A program made the position numbers and the translations under genes. A stretch of DNA of 48,672 nt from Bdellovibrionota bacterium (GTDB taxonomy: Bacteria > Bdellovibrionota_C > UBA2361 > CAKMMH01): positions 1-48,672 of the forward strand of contig JBMNLI010000002.1 of assembly GCA_050952645.1 (NCBI GenBank), read 5' to 3'. Of the stretch, positions 20,779 to 30,229 are shown piece by piece. Below the pieces are notes generated by a model. It was not told where the DNA came from, made no database searches, and was given only the letters and a program-made list of their open reading frames with translations. Position 1 is the first letter of the stretch; each line of letters starts with the position of its first letter.

Positions 20779-22697
20779 GTAATACGGCAGATAATATAGA
20801 CATAGAAAATATAGATAACATAAATAATATAGATAATAATCTAGATAATAATTTAGAAGCTAGCCAAAATAAGATAGAGCTTTTAGATGATTTTGTTATA
20901 AATTGCATTGCAGCTGGTGAGGTAGTGCAAAGACCCGACTCCGTCGTGCGTGAGCTAGTCGATAATGCCGTTGATGCTGGTGCTACGCAAATTAGTATTC
21001 ATATAGAAGAGGGCGGAAGTAGTCTTATAAGAGTAGTCGATAACGGCTGTGGAATGTCAAAAGAAGATGCTATAAATTCTTTTAAAAGGCATGCGACATC
21101 AAAAATAAAAACTACTAAAGATTTAGATAATATTACGACTATGGGATTTCGTGGTGAAGCATTAGCATCGATAGCGGCAGTCTCAAAAGTAAGATTGAAA
21201 ACGAGAGATAAAAATAGTGTATTGGCAACGCAAGTTTTAATAAACGGTGGTGAACTCGTTTCCGTTTTAGATGTTGCAGGCAATCAAGGAACCGATATCG
21301 AAATAAGAAATCTTTTTTATAATGTGCCAGCTAGAAAAAAGTTTTTAAGACAACCTAAAACTGAAGCATTAAGAATAAAAAATTGGGTGCGTGCCATGGT
21401 GCTAGCATATCCGCATATAAGAGTAAGTCTATTTATCGACGCAAAAGATTCTATTATTTTCGCAGCTAGAGATGATGTATTTAAAAGAGCAGGGGATTTA
21501 TACGAAGGGTCTATCGTAAAGTATGCAAATAAGATTTCTGAGCTTTCCGTAAAAGGAATAGTAGCTCATCCTGCGCTTGCAAAATCTGATGTAGGTTCTT
21601 TTATAATTTTAGTAAATAAGAGATTAGTGGTTTCTAGAATGCTCTTAAAAGCCGTAAGAGAGGGGTTTAAAAACACGTTAAAGGGAAGTGAAATACCGGT
21701 AGGGTTTTTAGACTTAGAAATAGCGCCTCACTTAGTAGATGTAAATGTGCATCCACAAAAAATGGAGATAAGGTTTACTAATGAATCTGCCGTGTTTTCA
21801 TTCGTTAGAAATGCGGTCGATGTTGCTACATCAAAATTTACAGGCGTTGTAGACTTAGCAAATTTATCACCTATTAAAAATTTATCTTTTTCTAGTGGCT
21901 ATAATAATTCTAGAACATCTAGCTACGAGTTTCAAAAAGGATATAACAAAGAAAATATAAAAAATTACGATTTAAATAATAATTATGAGAGTGTCGCTAG
22001 CGAAAACGGCGTAATAGATAGCAAAATAAATAGCAAAATAGATAGCCCTTATAATGAAAGAGGTTTTTATAATGGAATATTTAATAATTGTATATTTAAT
22101 GAAGAAAGTTTCAAGTATTCTAATTTAAAATATATAGGTCAACTTTTTAAGTGTTATCTTCTTTGTGAATATAATGATGAGTTTTACATTGTAGATATGC
22201 ATGCAGGGCATGAAAGAGTAAATTATAATAAGATAAAAGGCGAGTTTTTAACTAACTCGATAACCGTGCAAGATTTAATGATCCCGATAAGCGTTGAGCT
22301 AGGGGAAGAAAAAACTTCATACTTATTAAATCATAAAGATAATCTTGAAAAATTTGGAATATATATAGAAAGTTTCGGCTCGAGTGCAGTCGTTATTAGG
22401 GCCTTGCCGCAGATAGTAGGGGAGTTAAAAACTATCGAGTTAATACACAATATTGCAAATGTAGAAATGCCAGAGCTAGCAGAGAATATGGCCGATAATT
22501 TAATTAGTGATATTGCAGCTCGCATAGCATGTCACTCTAGTGTGCGTTCTGGAAAAAGCATTTCAAACGATGAAGTGATAGAGCTTTTTAAAATGTTAGA
22601 TAGCGAGGAGTTTAGCTCGGCTTGTCCTCACGGGCGACCAGTTATAAGGAAATTTTCTAAGCGTGAGGTAGAGTGTTGGTTTGGTCGTGATAGGTGA
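20775..22697 (+). CDS. mutL: DNA mismatch repair protein MutL
   Basis: Motifs IAAGEVVQRP and GFRGEALAS, and endonuclease motifs DMHAGHER, ACHSS and CPHGRP. Confidence 0.96.
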   Translation: MSNTADNIDIENIDNINNIDNNLDNNLEASQNKIELLDDFVINCIAAGEVVQRPDSVVRELVDNAVDAGATQISIHIEEGGSSLIRVVDNGCGMSKEDAINSFKRHATSKIKTTKDLDNITTMGFRGEALASIAAVSKVRLKTRDKNSVLATQVLINGGELVSVLDVAGNQGTDIEIRNLFYNVPARKKFLRQPKTEALRIKNWVRAMVLAYPHIRVSLFIDAKDSIIFAARDDVFKRAGDLYEGSIVKYANKISELSVKGIVAHPALAKSDVGSFIILVNKRLVVSRMLLKAVREGFKNTLKGSEIPVGFLDLEIAPHLVDVNVHPQKMEIRFTNESAVFSFVRNAVDVATSKFTGVVDLANLSPIKNLSFSSGYNNSRTSSYEFQKGYNKENIKNYDLNNNYESVASENGVIDSKINSKIDSPYNERGFYNGIFNNCIFNEESFKYSNLKYIGQLFKCYLLCEYNDEFYIVDMHAGHERVNYNKIKGEFLTNSITVQDLMIPISVELGEEKTSYLLNHKDNLEKFGIYIESFGSSAVVIRALPQIVGELKTIELIHNIANVEMPELAENMADNLISDIAARIACHSSVRSGKSISNDEVIELFKMLDSEEFSSACPHGRPVIRKFSKREVECWFGRDR

Positions 22698-22783
22698 TAC
22701 TAATTTTTTAGAATGTAAAGCACGCCTTTAAAACGTGTAAGAATTTTTTTAGAATTTAAAACCACTTTAAAACGTGGAAGAAC
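22693..22783 (-). mobile_element. Degenerate ISL3-type MITE end remnant(s) overlapping the mutL stop codon
   Basis: GTGATACTAATTTT followed by two copies of TTTAAAACGTG(T/G)AAGAA, matching 35947-35997. Confidence 0.6.
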
Positions 22784-22837
22784 TAAAATTATATTAAAGA
22801 AAATACATTAAAGATTTATTTTGTAAGGAGAATTTAA

Positions 22838-23941
22838 ATGGGCTTAAGTATAGGTATCGTAGGGCTTCCAAATATTGGAAAGTCGACAGTTTTTAATGCG
22901 CTAACTAAAGCACAAAATGCAGAGAGTGCAAATTATCCTTTTTGCACTATTGAGCCAAATAAGGCATCGGTTCCCGTAAAAGACGAGAGATTAGAAGAGC
23001 TAGCTAAGCTTGTAAACCCAGAAAGAATAGTCTATGCCACTGTGGATTTTGTAGATATCGCAGGACTAGTTAAAGGCGCTAGTAAGGGAGAGGGGCTAGG
23101 CAATAAATTTTTAGCAAATATTAGAGAAACTAATGCTTTGCTTCATATAGTTAGATGTTTTGATGATGATAACGTTGTGCATGTCGATGGAAGCGTCGAC
23201 CCTTTAAGAGATATTGAGATTGTAGAAACGGAGCTTATGTTAGCAGACTTAGAAACTATAGATAAGCAAATAGTGAGAGTAGAGAAACTAGCAAAGGCCG
23301 ATAAAAAGATGCTTCCTATAATAGAAAAATTAAAAGCTTTAAGCAAACATGTAGAGGCTGGAAATTTAGCTATAACTTTTGAAAATGGAAATATCGATGA
23401 TGAGTTTAGAGCGTTTTTAAATCAAATCTCGCTTCTTACTAATAAGCCTGTAATTTATGCTATGAATGTTAATGAAGATAGTTTAGTTAATGAGAATAAT
23501 TATCAAAAAAAAGTTATAGAGCATGCAACGAAAAAGAACTTTAAAGCTATAAGTTTTTCAGCTAAAATGGAAGAAGATATGATAGGGCTAGAAGAAAGTG
23601 AAATTCATGAGCTATTAAACGAATATGGCGTAAAGGAAAATGCGTTAGATAGGCTAGTTAGTGCTAGTTATGATATTCTCGGGCTTCATAGTTATTTTAC
23701 AGCAGGGCAAAAAGAGGTTCGTGCTTGGACTATAAAAAAAGGGACTAAAGCCCCGAAAGCCGCAGGGGTTATCCATACAGATTTTGAAAAAGGCTTTATA
23801 CGTGCGCAAGTTATTAGCTATGAAGATTATATAAAATATAAGAGCGAGGCAGCTTGTAAAAATGCTGGAGTGTTAAGAACTGAGGGGAAAGATTACGTTA
23901 TGCGTGATGGTGATATAGTAGAGTTTTTATTTAATAATTAA
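22838..23941 (+). CDS. ychF: Redox-regulated ATPase YchF (Obg family)
   Basis: Motifs GIVGLPNIGKST, ANYPFCTIEPN, DIAGLVKGASKGEGLGNKFL and AAGVIHTDFEKGFI. Confidence 0.97.
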   Translation: MGLSIGIVGLPNIGKSTVFNALTKAQNAESANYPFCTIEPNKASVPVKDERLEELAKLVNPERIVYATVDFVDIAGLVKGASKGEGLGNKFLANIRETNALLHIVRCFDDDNVVHVDGSVDPLRDIEIVETELMLADLETIDKQIVRVEKLAKADKKMLPIIEKLKALSKHVEAGNLAITFENGNIDDEFRAFLNQISLLTNKPVIYAMNVNEDSLVNENNYQKKVIEHATKKNFKAISFSAKMEEDMIGLEESEIHELLNEYGVKENALDRLVSASYDILGLHSYFTAGQKEVRAWTIKKGTKAPKAAGVIHTDFEKGFIRAQVISYEDYIKYKSEAACKNAGVLRTEGKDYVMRDGDIVEFLFNN

Positions 23942-24107
23942 ATAAGAGTCTTCGTAAACTTTTAAGAACTTAAAAATTTAAGATTCTTAAAAATATAGAT
24001 TGAAAAAAAGATTTTAATGATTATAGATATTATATTGATTATAAATAATAAAAATGTACTTGGCAGTGTATTTTAAAATAAGTTTTTTTTAGTGGAGATT
24101 AAAAAGT

Positions 24108-24809
24108 ATGATTGGTTTTGATCCTTTATATTTAATAATATTAACCCCAGCTATGATTTTAGCTATGATAGCGTCCTTTATGGTAAAGGCTAGATTTAAT
24201 GCTGGTCAAAAAGTAATGTCTGCTAGTGGGATAATGGGAAAAGAGGCTGCAAGAAGAATACTAGATTCCGAAGGGCTTTACGATGTCGAGATAGAAGAGG
24301 TGAAAAGTTATCTAGGAGATCATTACGACCCAATAAAAAAAGTTTTAAGATTGAGTCCTCAGGTATCCGAAAGTTCTTCTCTTGCTTCTCTTGGAGTTGC
24401 GGCTCACGAGGCAGGGCATGCTATACAAGATGCTAAGGGGTATAGCTTGTTAAAGCTTAGAAATGCGGTAGTTCCAGTTGCATCTTTTGGTTCTAACGCT
24501 TCGATGTTTTTAATGATGTTTGGTTTCGTGCTTGGAAGTTTAGGACTTATAAAGTTAGGTATCGTGGCGTTTTCTACCATAGTGTTTTTTCAATTAGTCA
24601 ATTTGCCTGTAGAGTTTGATGCTAGCAAGCGTGCTAGAGAAATTTTGCGTTCAAGTGGTATGATATACCAAAATGAAGAAGAAACCGTTGCAGGAGTTTT
24701 AAATGCTGCCGCTATGACTTACGTTGCGGCTACCATTTCCTCTATATTAACGTTAGTATATTATTTAATTCGTTTAGGACTTTTAAGCAGTAGAATGAGT
24801 GATGATTAA
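24108..24809 (+). CDS. Membrane zinc metallopeptidase (YugP/Zn_peptidase_2 family)
   Basis: Motifs DHYDP, AAHEAGHAIQ, LPVEFDASKRA and AAAMTYVA. Confidence 0.9.
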   Translation: MIGFDPLYLIILTPAMILAMIASFMVKARFNAGQKVMSASGIMGKEAARRILDSEGLYDVEIEEVKSYLGDHYDPIKKVLRLSPQVSESSSLASLGVAAHEAGHAIQDAKGYSLLKLRNAVVPVASFGSNASMFLMMFGFVLGSLGLIKLGIVAFSTIVFFQLVNLPVEFDASKRAREILRSSGMIYQNEEETVAGVLNAAAMTYVAATISSILTLVYYLIRLGLLSSRMSDD

Positions 24810-26454
24810 TAATTTAAAAAAATCTTTTAATAAGATTTTTAGTTTTGTTTATTATCTTGTTTTTAGTTTTATCTTTAGTTCTATCTATATCTTAAGTAGC
24901 GCTATGGCTACTCCTAGCGTGTCTTTTGCAGACGTCAAGAAAGTAAACGTTAAGAAAATAAACGTTAATAAAATAGATGTTACGAAAACAAACACAAAAA
25001 AAATAAACGCAAAAAAAATAGATGCAAAAAATAGCGTTTCAAATAAAAACATTGCGATAGCATCTTTTGAGCGACTCTTCGATAAAGTAGTAGTAAAAAC
25101 GCTTAAAAATGGGCTTACTATTATAATGTATAAAAGAGGACATGCCCCCGTTTTTTCAGGTATCGTTTCAGTAAGAGTAGGGGGGAGTGATGAGAAGGTA
25201 GGAAAGACTGGTATTTCTCATTTCTTTGAGCATTTAGCGTTTAAAGGCACTAAGACTATTGGAACTAAAAATTATAGAAAAGAAAAAAAATTATTATCAA
25301 AATTAGAAAAATTATCGAAAGAAACTAAAGGTGGCAACGTTTTTACTAAAGCACAAAAAGTAAAGTGGGATAATATACATAAAGAGCTAATAAAGCTATG
25401 GGATAGTGAGGCTTTTTCAAAAGAGTATGAAAAAAAAGGGGCATCTAATTTTAATGCTAGCACCGATAAAGATATTACTAGATATTACGTAAGCTTTCCT
25501 AAGAGTGAGTTCGAGTTTTGGGCACAATCCGAGGTCGATAGAATTTTAAACCCAGTTCCTAGACAATTTTACCAAGAAAGAGACGTAATTTTAGAAGAAA
25601 GAAAAATGCGATTTGAGAATTCCCCTCAAGGTAAGATGTATGAAAATTTTTTAAGAGTAATGTTTCTTACGCATCCTTATAGAAATCCAGTTATCGGATA
25701 TGAGAGCGATATAAAAAACTTGACTGCTAGCGATATAGAAGAGTTCCATAAAAAATATTATGTTCCATCTAATATGGTAGTAGCAGTAGTAGGAGATATC
25801 GATGTAGAAAAAGATTTTCAAATTTTAGAAAAATATTTTTCTAAAATTCCTTATAGTCAAGATGTTGAAAGAAACGTATTAAAAGAAGGAAAGCAAGAGG
25901 GAGAAAGGCGAGTTAATTTTAATTATAACGCTAATAGAAGCATGATCGTAGCCTATCATAAGCCTAATTATCCGCATAAAGACGATTTAAGCATTTCAGT
26001 TTTAGCACAAATTTTAGCAGGCTCGAAGATTTCTCCATTATATAAAAAGTTAGTAATAGAAAATAAGTGTGCAAGTTATGTAGTAGCAGACGAGGGACCA
26101 GGGAGTGCATACCAAAATTTTATAAGTTTTTATATTATCCCGAATGGGAATTGTTCTAACGATAAGATTATAGAAATTTATAATAAAGTGATAGCAGATT
26201 CTAAAGCAAATGGTTTTACTAGTGAAGAATTAAAAATAGCTAAGAAGAATATTTTAACTTCCACTATTTCTATTTTAAATTCAAATGAAGCGTTAGCTAA
26301 AATGTTAGCAGAGGCAAGGCTTTTATATGGCGACCATAAAATGATTTTAAAATCGATGAATGATCTAGAAAAAATAGGATTAAAAGATTTAAAAAGAGTT
26401 TTAAATAAATATTTCGTATTAGATAATACGACTATAGCAACTATGGGAAAATAA
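24802..26454 (+). CDS. M16 family zinc peptidase, catalytic subunit
   Basis: Inverted Zn motif HFFEH, NAST, ERDVILEERKMR and HPYRNPVIG. N-terminal hydrophobic segment. Confidence 0.93.
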   Translation: MINNLKKSFNKIFSFVYYLVFSFIFSSIYILSSAMATPSVSFADVKKVNVKKINVNKIDVTKTNTKKINAKKIDAKNSVSNKNIAIASFERLFDKVVVKTLKNGLTIIMYKRGHAPVFSGIVSVRVGGSDEKVGKTGISHFFEHLAFKGTKTIGTKNYRKEKKLLSKLEKLSKETKGGNVFTKAQKVKWDNIHKELIKLWDSEAFSKEYEKKGASNFNASTDKDITRYYVSFPKSEFEFWAQSEVDRILNPVPRQFYQERDVILEERKMRFENSPQGKMYENFLRVMFLTHPYRNPVIGYESDIKNLTASDIEEFHKKYYVPSNMVVAVVGDIDVEKDFQILEKYFSKIPYSQDVERNVLKEGKQEGERRVNFNYNANRSMIVAYHKPNYPHKDDLSISVLAQILAGSKISPLYKKLVIENKCASYVVADEGPGSAYQNFISFYIIPNGNCSNDKIIEIYNKVIADSKANGFTSEELKIAKKNILTSTISILNSNEALAKMLAEARLLYGDHKMILKSMNDLEKIGLKDLKRVLNKYFVLDNTTIATMGK

Positions 26455-26457
26455 AAA

Positions 26458-28113
26458 TTGAGTAAAAAAATATTTTTTAAAATAACGACGCTAGTTTTTT
26501 TAGTATTGATATTTTTTATATCTATATTTTTAGTTTGCGAGCTAGGTGAGAAAAAAAATATAGGTAAAGAAAATGAAAATATAAATTATATTCCGCCTAC
26601 TCCTATGGAGTGGAAGACAGATAGCGGAATAAATGTGATTTATTATAGAGACGATGAGCTTCCGCTAGTTAGGGCTAGTTTATATATAAGAGGTAGCGTA
26701 GAAGAATGTGAAAATCCCTTGCTTTTAGAAGCCCTAGGAGCACTTCTTAAATTAGGTGGAACTAAAAAATATGAGGCAAAAGATTTAGACTTAAAATTAG
26801 AGACGCTTTCTGCTTCTTTGTCTTCCTCGTGGGGAAATGAGTATGGGAAAATTTCTTTTAGTTCACTTTTAGAGGATGTGGAAACTCTTTTCGATATAGT
26901 AAGCGACATGCTTTTCGCTCCAAGGTTTGATGAAAAAGAAATAGAGCTTTGGAAGCTAAAGAAGATAGATGCTATAAGAAGAAGAGTAGATTCTCCGTCT
27001 GCCATTGCTAGGACAAAGTATGGAAACGTATTATATAAATCTTTAAATTACGGATATATCTCTAATGAAAAAGATGTTCAAAAAATTACTAGGAAAGATT
27101 TATTTAGTATAAAAGAAAAATTCGTTGTCCCTAGAGATGTTTATTTTACCGTTGTAGGACCTATTTCTAAAGAGAAGATAAATAGTTTGCTTGATACTTA
27201 TTTTAGTAATTGGAAAGATTTTAGTAATTGGAAAGATAAAAAAGGAAGTAAAATAGAAAATAATGAGATTAAAAAAAATAAGATAGAAAATAATAAAAAT
27301 AATAATAAAAATAAAGATAGCGATAAAGATAAAGGTAATGATAAAGGTAAAGTTAAAGATAAAGATAATGATAAAGGTAAAGTTAAAGATAAAGATAATG
27401 TTAAGGATAATGATGCGTTAAATGCAAAGTATGATTATAAGCCGCTTTCTAAGCAAATATATTTTATGAAAAAAGATGCTCTTACGCAGGCTACCTTGTA
27501 TATAGTGGGGAAAGGTCCAAAGATAGATGAGCAAAAGCATGTTAATTATGCCGTGTTTAGCGAATATTTAGGAACTGGTGGTTTTTCTTCTATATTGCTA
27601 AGAGATTTAAGAGTTAATAAAGGACTAGTTTATGGGACCTATGGCGGAGTGTTTCCTAGTTATCCTTACGGTATAGCAACGATTTTTATTGAAACTAGCG
27701 ATGAGAAGCTTTCTAAAGCTTTACTATCTGCTGAAAAAATCGTTAGCGATTTAAAGAATAGAGAAAAGGTAGATGAAAAAACTCTATCTGAAATTAAAAA
27801 AGCTATGCAAAATGCCGAAATTTTTAAGACCTCTAGCTTAGATGCGTTAGTAGACAGGAAGTTTACTTTTAAATTTTGGGGTTTTTCTAATGATTATGAT
27901 AAGTTATATAAAGAAAGGGTAAAAAATTTTAGCGTAGATGATGTAGTGAGCATAGGTAATGAATATATGAATCTAGAAGATGCTTTCATAGTAGTAGTAG
28001 CTTCTAGCAATGCTTTAGAAAATTTAAAAAATTTAATGAAAGATAATGAAACTATATTTTCAAAATATAATCTAAATATTTGTAATGTAGATAAAGATGT
28101 GTTTTGTAAATAG
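26458..28113 (+). CDS. M16 family peptidase, non-catalytic partner subunit
   Basis: Motifs ELPLV, LKLGGT and LRVNKGLVYG with no HXXEH. Adjacent to the catalytic subunit. Confidence 0.88.
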   Translation: MSKKIFFKITTLVFLVLIFFISIFLVCELGEKKNIGKENENINYIPPTPMEWKTDSGINVIYYRDDELPLVRASLYIRGSVEECENPLLLEALGALLKLGGTKKYEAKDLDLKLETLSASLSSSWGNEYGKISFSSLLEDVETLFDIVSDMLFAPRFDEKEIELWKLKKIDAIRRRVDSPSAIARTKYGNVLYKSLNYGYISNEKDVQKITRKDLFSIKEKFVVPRDVYFTVVGPISKEKINSLLDTYFSNWKDFSNWKDKKGSKIENNEIKKNKIENNKNNNKNKDSDKDKGNDKGKVKDKDNDKGKVKDKDNVKDNDALNAKYDYKPLSKQIYFMKKDALTQATLYIVGKGPKIDEQKHVNYAVFSEYLGTGGFSSILLRDLRVNKGLVYGTYGGVFPSYPYGIATIFIETSDEKLSKALLSAEKIVSDLKNREKVDEKTLSEIKKAMQNAEIFKTSSLDALVDRKFTFKFWGFSNDYDKLYKERVKNFSVDDVVSIGNEYMNLEDAFIVVVASSNALENLKNLMKDNETIFSKYNLNICNVDKDVFCK

Positions 28114-28188
28114 TAAAATTTTAATTTTTAAGATTTTAATTTTTTTTAAAATCTTTTTGTAAATCTTTTATAAGTCGAAAGAGTGTTT

Positions 28189-28887
28189 ATGAAAAAAATA
28201 ATTATTTTGTTGATATCATTATCTTTAGTATCATCTTTAGTATCTTGTTCTTCAGGGCGTAGTCCTGAGACCGTGGCATCTTCTACGGCTATGGGCGCTT
28301 TGGCTGGAGCTGGAGCTGGCGCTATTACTGGAGCGAAAGTAGGAGCTGGGGCAGGCCCTGGGGTTGCCGTTGGAGCTGGATTTGGTGCAGTGTTAGGAGC
28401 AGTCGATGGGCTTTTATCTGAGAGATTAGAGTATCAGATGAAATTGTTAGAAGCTGAAACTAACAAGGAAAAAGAAAGGGCTTATGCGCACCAAATTATA
28501 AAAGAGCAATACGAGAGACGTTTAAAATTGCACCCTACTAGGGATTATTATCCTGCCGATTTATTTTTCTATGGTGATGAGGTTGTGCTTCGTCCGAAAG
28601 CTTGTTTGTTATTGCAAGAGATAGCAAATCTTAATAAGACTAGAATGCCTTGGTCTAGGTTGGTAGTGGCAAACTACGTTGTAGCTAGCGATGATAAGTC
28701 GACGTACGCAAAGCACTTATCTGAGAAGCGTTCTAAGGCTATAGTAAACGAGTTAATAAAGTTAGGTCTCGAGGGTAGAAGGCTAGTAGCAAGAGGCGTT
28801 ATAGTAGATGAGCCAGTGCTTTTAGACCCAGAGGATTACCCTTTAAGGTATAGTCAAGCTATTGAGTTTATTGCGATAGATAGGTAA
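28189..28887 (+). CDS. Glycine-zipper lipoprotein with a degenerate OmpA-like C-terminal domain
   Basis: Lipobox LVSC, GALAGAGAGA..GAGFGAVLG zipper, and LSEKRSKAIVNELIKLGL...RLVARG. Confidence 0.75.
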   Translation: MKKIIILLISLSLVSSLVSCSSGRSPETVASSTAMGALAGAGAGAITGAKVGAGAGPGVAVGAGFGAVLGAVDGLLSERLEYQMKLLEAETNKEKERAYAHQIIKEQYERRLKLHPTRDYYPADLFFYGDEVVLRPKACLLLQEIANLNKTRMPWSRLVVANYVVASDDKSTYAKHLSEKRSKAIVNELIKLGLEGRRLVARGVIVDEPVLLDPEDYPLRYSQAIEFIAIDR

Positions 28888-28995
28888 AATATTAGATAGG
28901 TAAAATAATAGGTAAAGTGAAATAATTATGTAAAGAAAAATAAGAGAATAAAAAAAGTATTAAGTTTAGATATTATTAAATGAAAGGTTTATTTT

Positions 28996-29235
28996 ATGAA
29001 TAGCACAGATATTACGACTAGTGATGAGTTAAAAAAATTTTTAGAGAGCTTAGAGTTTAGCTTAGAAGAGGGGCAACTATCTTCTATTTATTGCACGTCT
29101 GCTATGAATTATATTTTTTCTCTAGATAATATTTCGGAGTTAATGACTAGTGAGAATAAAGAGATAGCTAAAAGACTTTGGCAAAGTTCAAAATTAAAAG
29201 GCTCAGAGCTTAAAGATCCATCGCTACTTTATTAG
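28996..29235 (+). CDS. Small hypothetical protein (79 aa)
   Basis: ORF with an AAAGG SD and protein-like composition. Confidence 0.65.
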   Translation: MNSTDITTSDELKKFLESLEFSLEEGQLSSIYCTSAMNYIFSLDNISELMTSENKEIAKRLWQSSKLKGSELKDPSLLY

Positions 29236-29372
29236 TGTTTATCTTTTATTAGTGTTTATTTTAAATTTTTAAAGAAAATATAAAGAAAATAATTGTAAGA
29301 AAGCTAAAAAGCTAAATTTTCAAATTGAAACTAGCCTTAAAATTTTTTTAAGAATTTTTATTTAGCTTGAGA

Positions 29373-29684
29373 TTATTTAGCTTGTGGATTCATAGCCTTT
29401 CTTAATAGTTGGCTTTCTTTAAACTTTAATACCTTTCTTGGTTTTAAAATCATATCGCTTCCCGTTTGAGGGTTTCTTCCTTTTCTAGCATTTTTAGATT
29501 TAACCGTGTAAGTTCCAAAGCCTGAAAGCATAACCTTTCCCTCTTTTACTAGCGCATCTTTAATGATTTCTATGTAGTCTTCAACTATTTGAACCGCTTG
29601 TTGTTTATCTACTTGCATAGTGTTGTAAATAGCGTCTGCTAATTCTGCTTTTGTTAAACAATTTTTCTTATTATCTTCGTTCAT
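29373..29684 (-). CDS. ihfA: Integration host factor subunit (IHF-alpha-like; HU/IHF family)
   Basis: LTKAELA...LSGFGTY...ARKGRNPQTG...PRKVLKFKESQLL. The alpha assignment rests on LTKAEL and LSGFG. Confidence 0.8.
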   Translation of the reverse strand: MNEDNKKNCLTKAELADAIYNTMQVDKQQAVQIVEDYIEIIKDALVKEGKVMLSGFGTYTVKSKNARKGRNPQTGSDMILKPRKVLKFKESQLLRKAMNPQAK

Positions 29685-29967
29685 ATTTTTATCTCTTATA
29701 TTTATAATTATATTTATAATTTATATATCAATTACACTAACTTAAACAAAATACTTTCAGAAAATTACTTACTCTGAAATTACTAATATTAAGATACTTT
29801 GTAAAGTGAAATAGTTGCATCTCTTTTTTTAATTATCTAAAAAAATAAATATATTAGGTATAATATATTGAAAATTAAAGGTTTTTTCAAGTAGGAGGTA
29901 AAACAGCGTTTTGAATTTCTCGTTTTAAAATGTCTTAGAGTTTGTTTAGAAGTTTTATAAACTTTTC

Positions 29968-29996
29968 GCAGATTGTCAAATTAAACTAGACACTTT
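29968..29996 (+). repeat. Dispersed 29-bp motif GCAGATTGTCAAATTAAACTAGAYACTTT
   Basis: 28/29 identical to 41053-41081. A 17-bp partial copy lies at 10256-10272. Confidence 0.85.
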
Positions 29997-30020
29997 ATAA
30001 AAAATATTATTTATATATTT

Positions 30021-30104
30021 TTTAAGTGACATCTATTATGAGCCAACGCTTCATTTTTTTTACATATTAGAATATTCATTTAAGTGACATCTATTATGAG
30101 CCAA
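30021..30104. repeat. Exact 26-bp direct repeat with a 32-bp spacer
   Basis: TTTAAGTGACATCTATTATGAGCCAA at 30021-30046 and 30079-30104. Confidence 0.95.
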
Positions 30105-30229
30105 TCGGTAAAAAAAGCCATATTTTTAAATATCTAATTGCGAATTAGAGATACTTTTAGCATAATAAATAAAGGATATTTTTCAAAAAAAAACTAATAA
30201 AGAAATCCGTTAATTTAAAGGTATTAAAA

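Noticed and set aside
30021..30104. CRISPR array
   Set aside because: Only two non-palindromic repeats, with no leader evidence and no cas genes in the window. Kept as an unexplained repeat.
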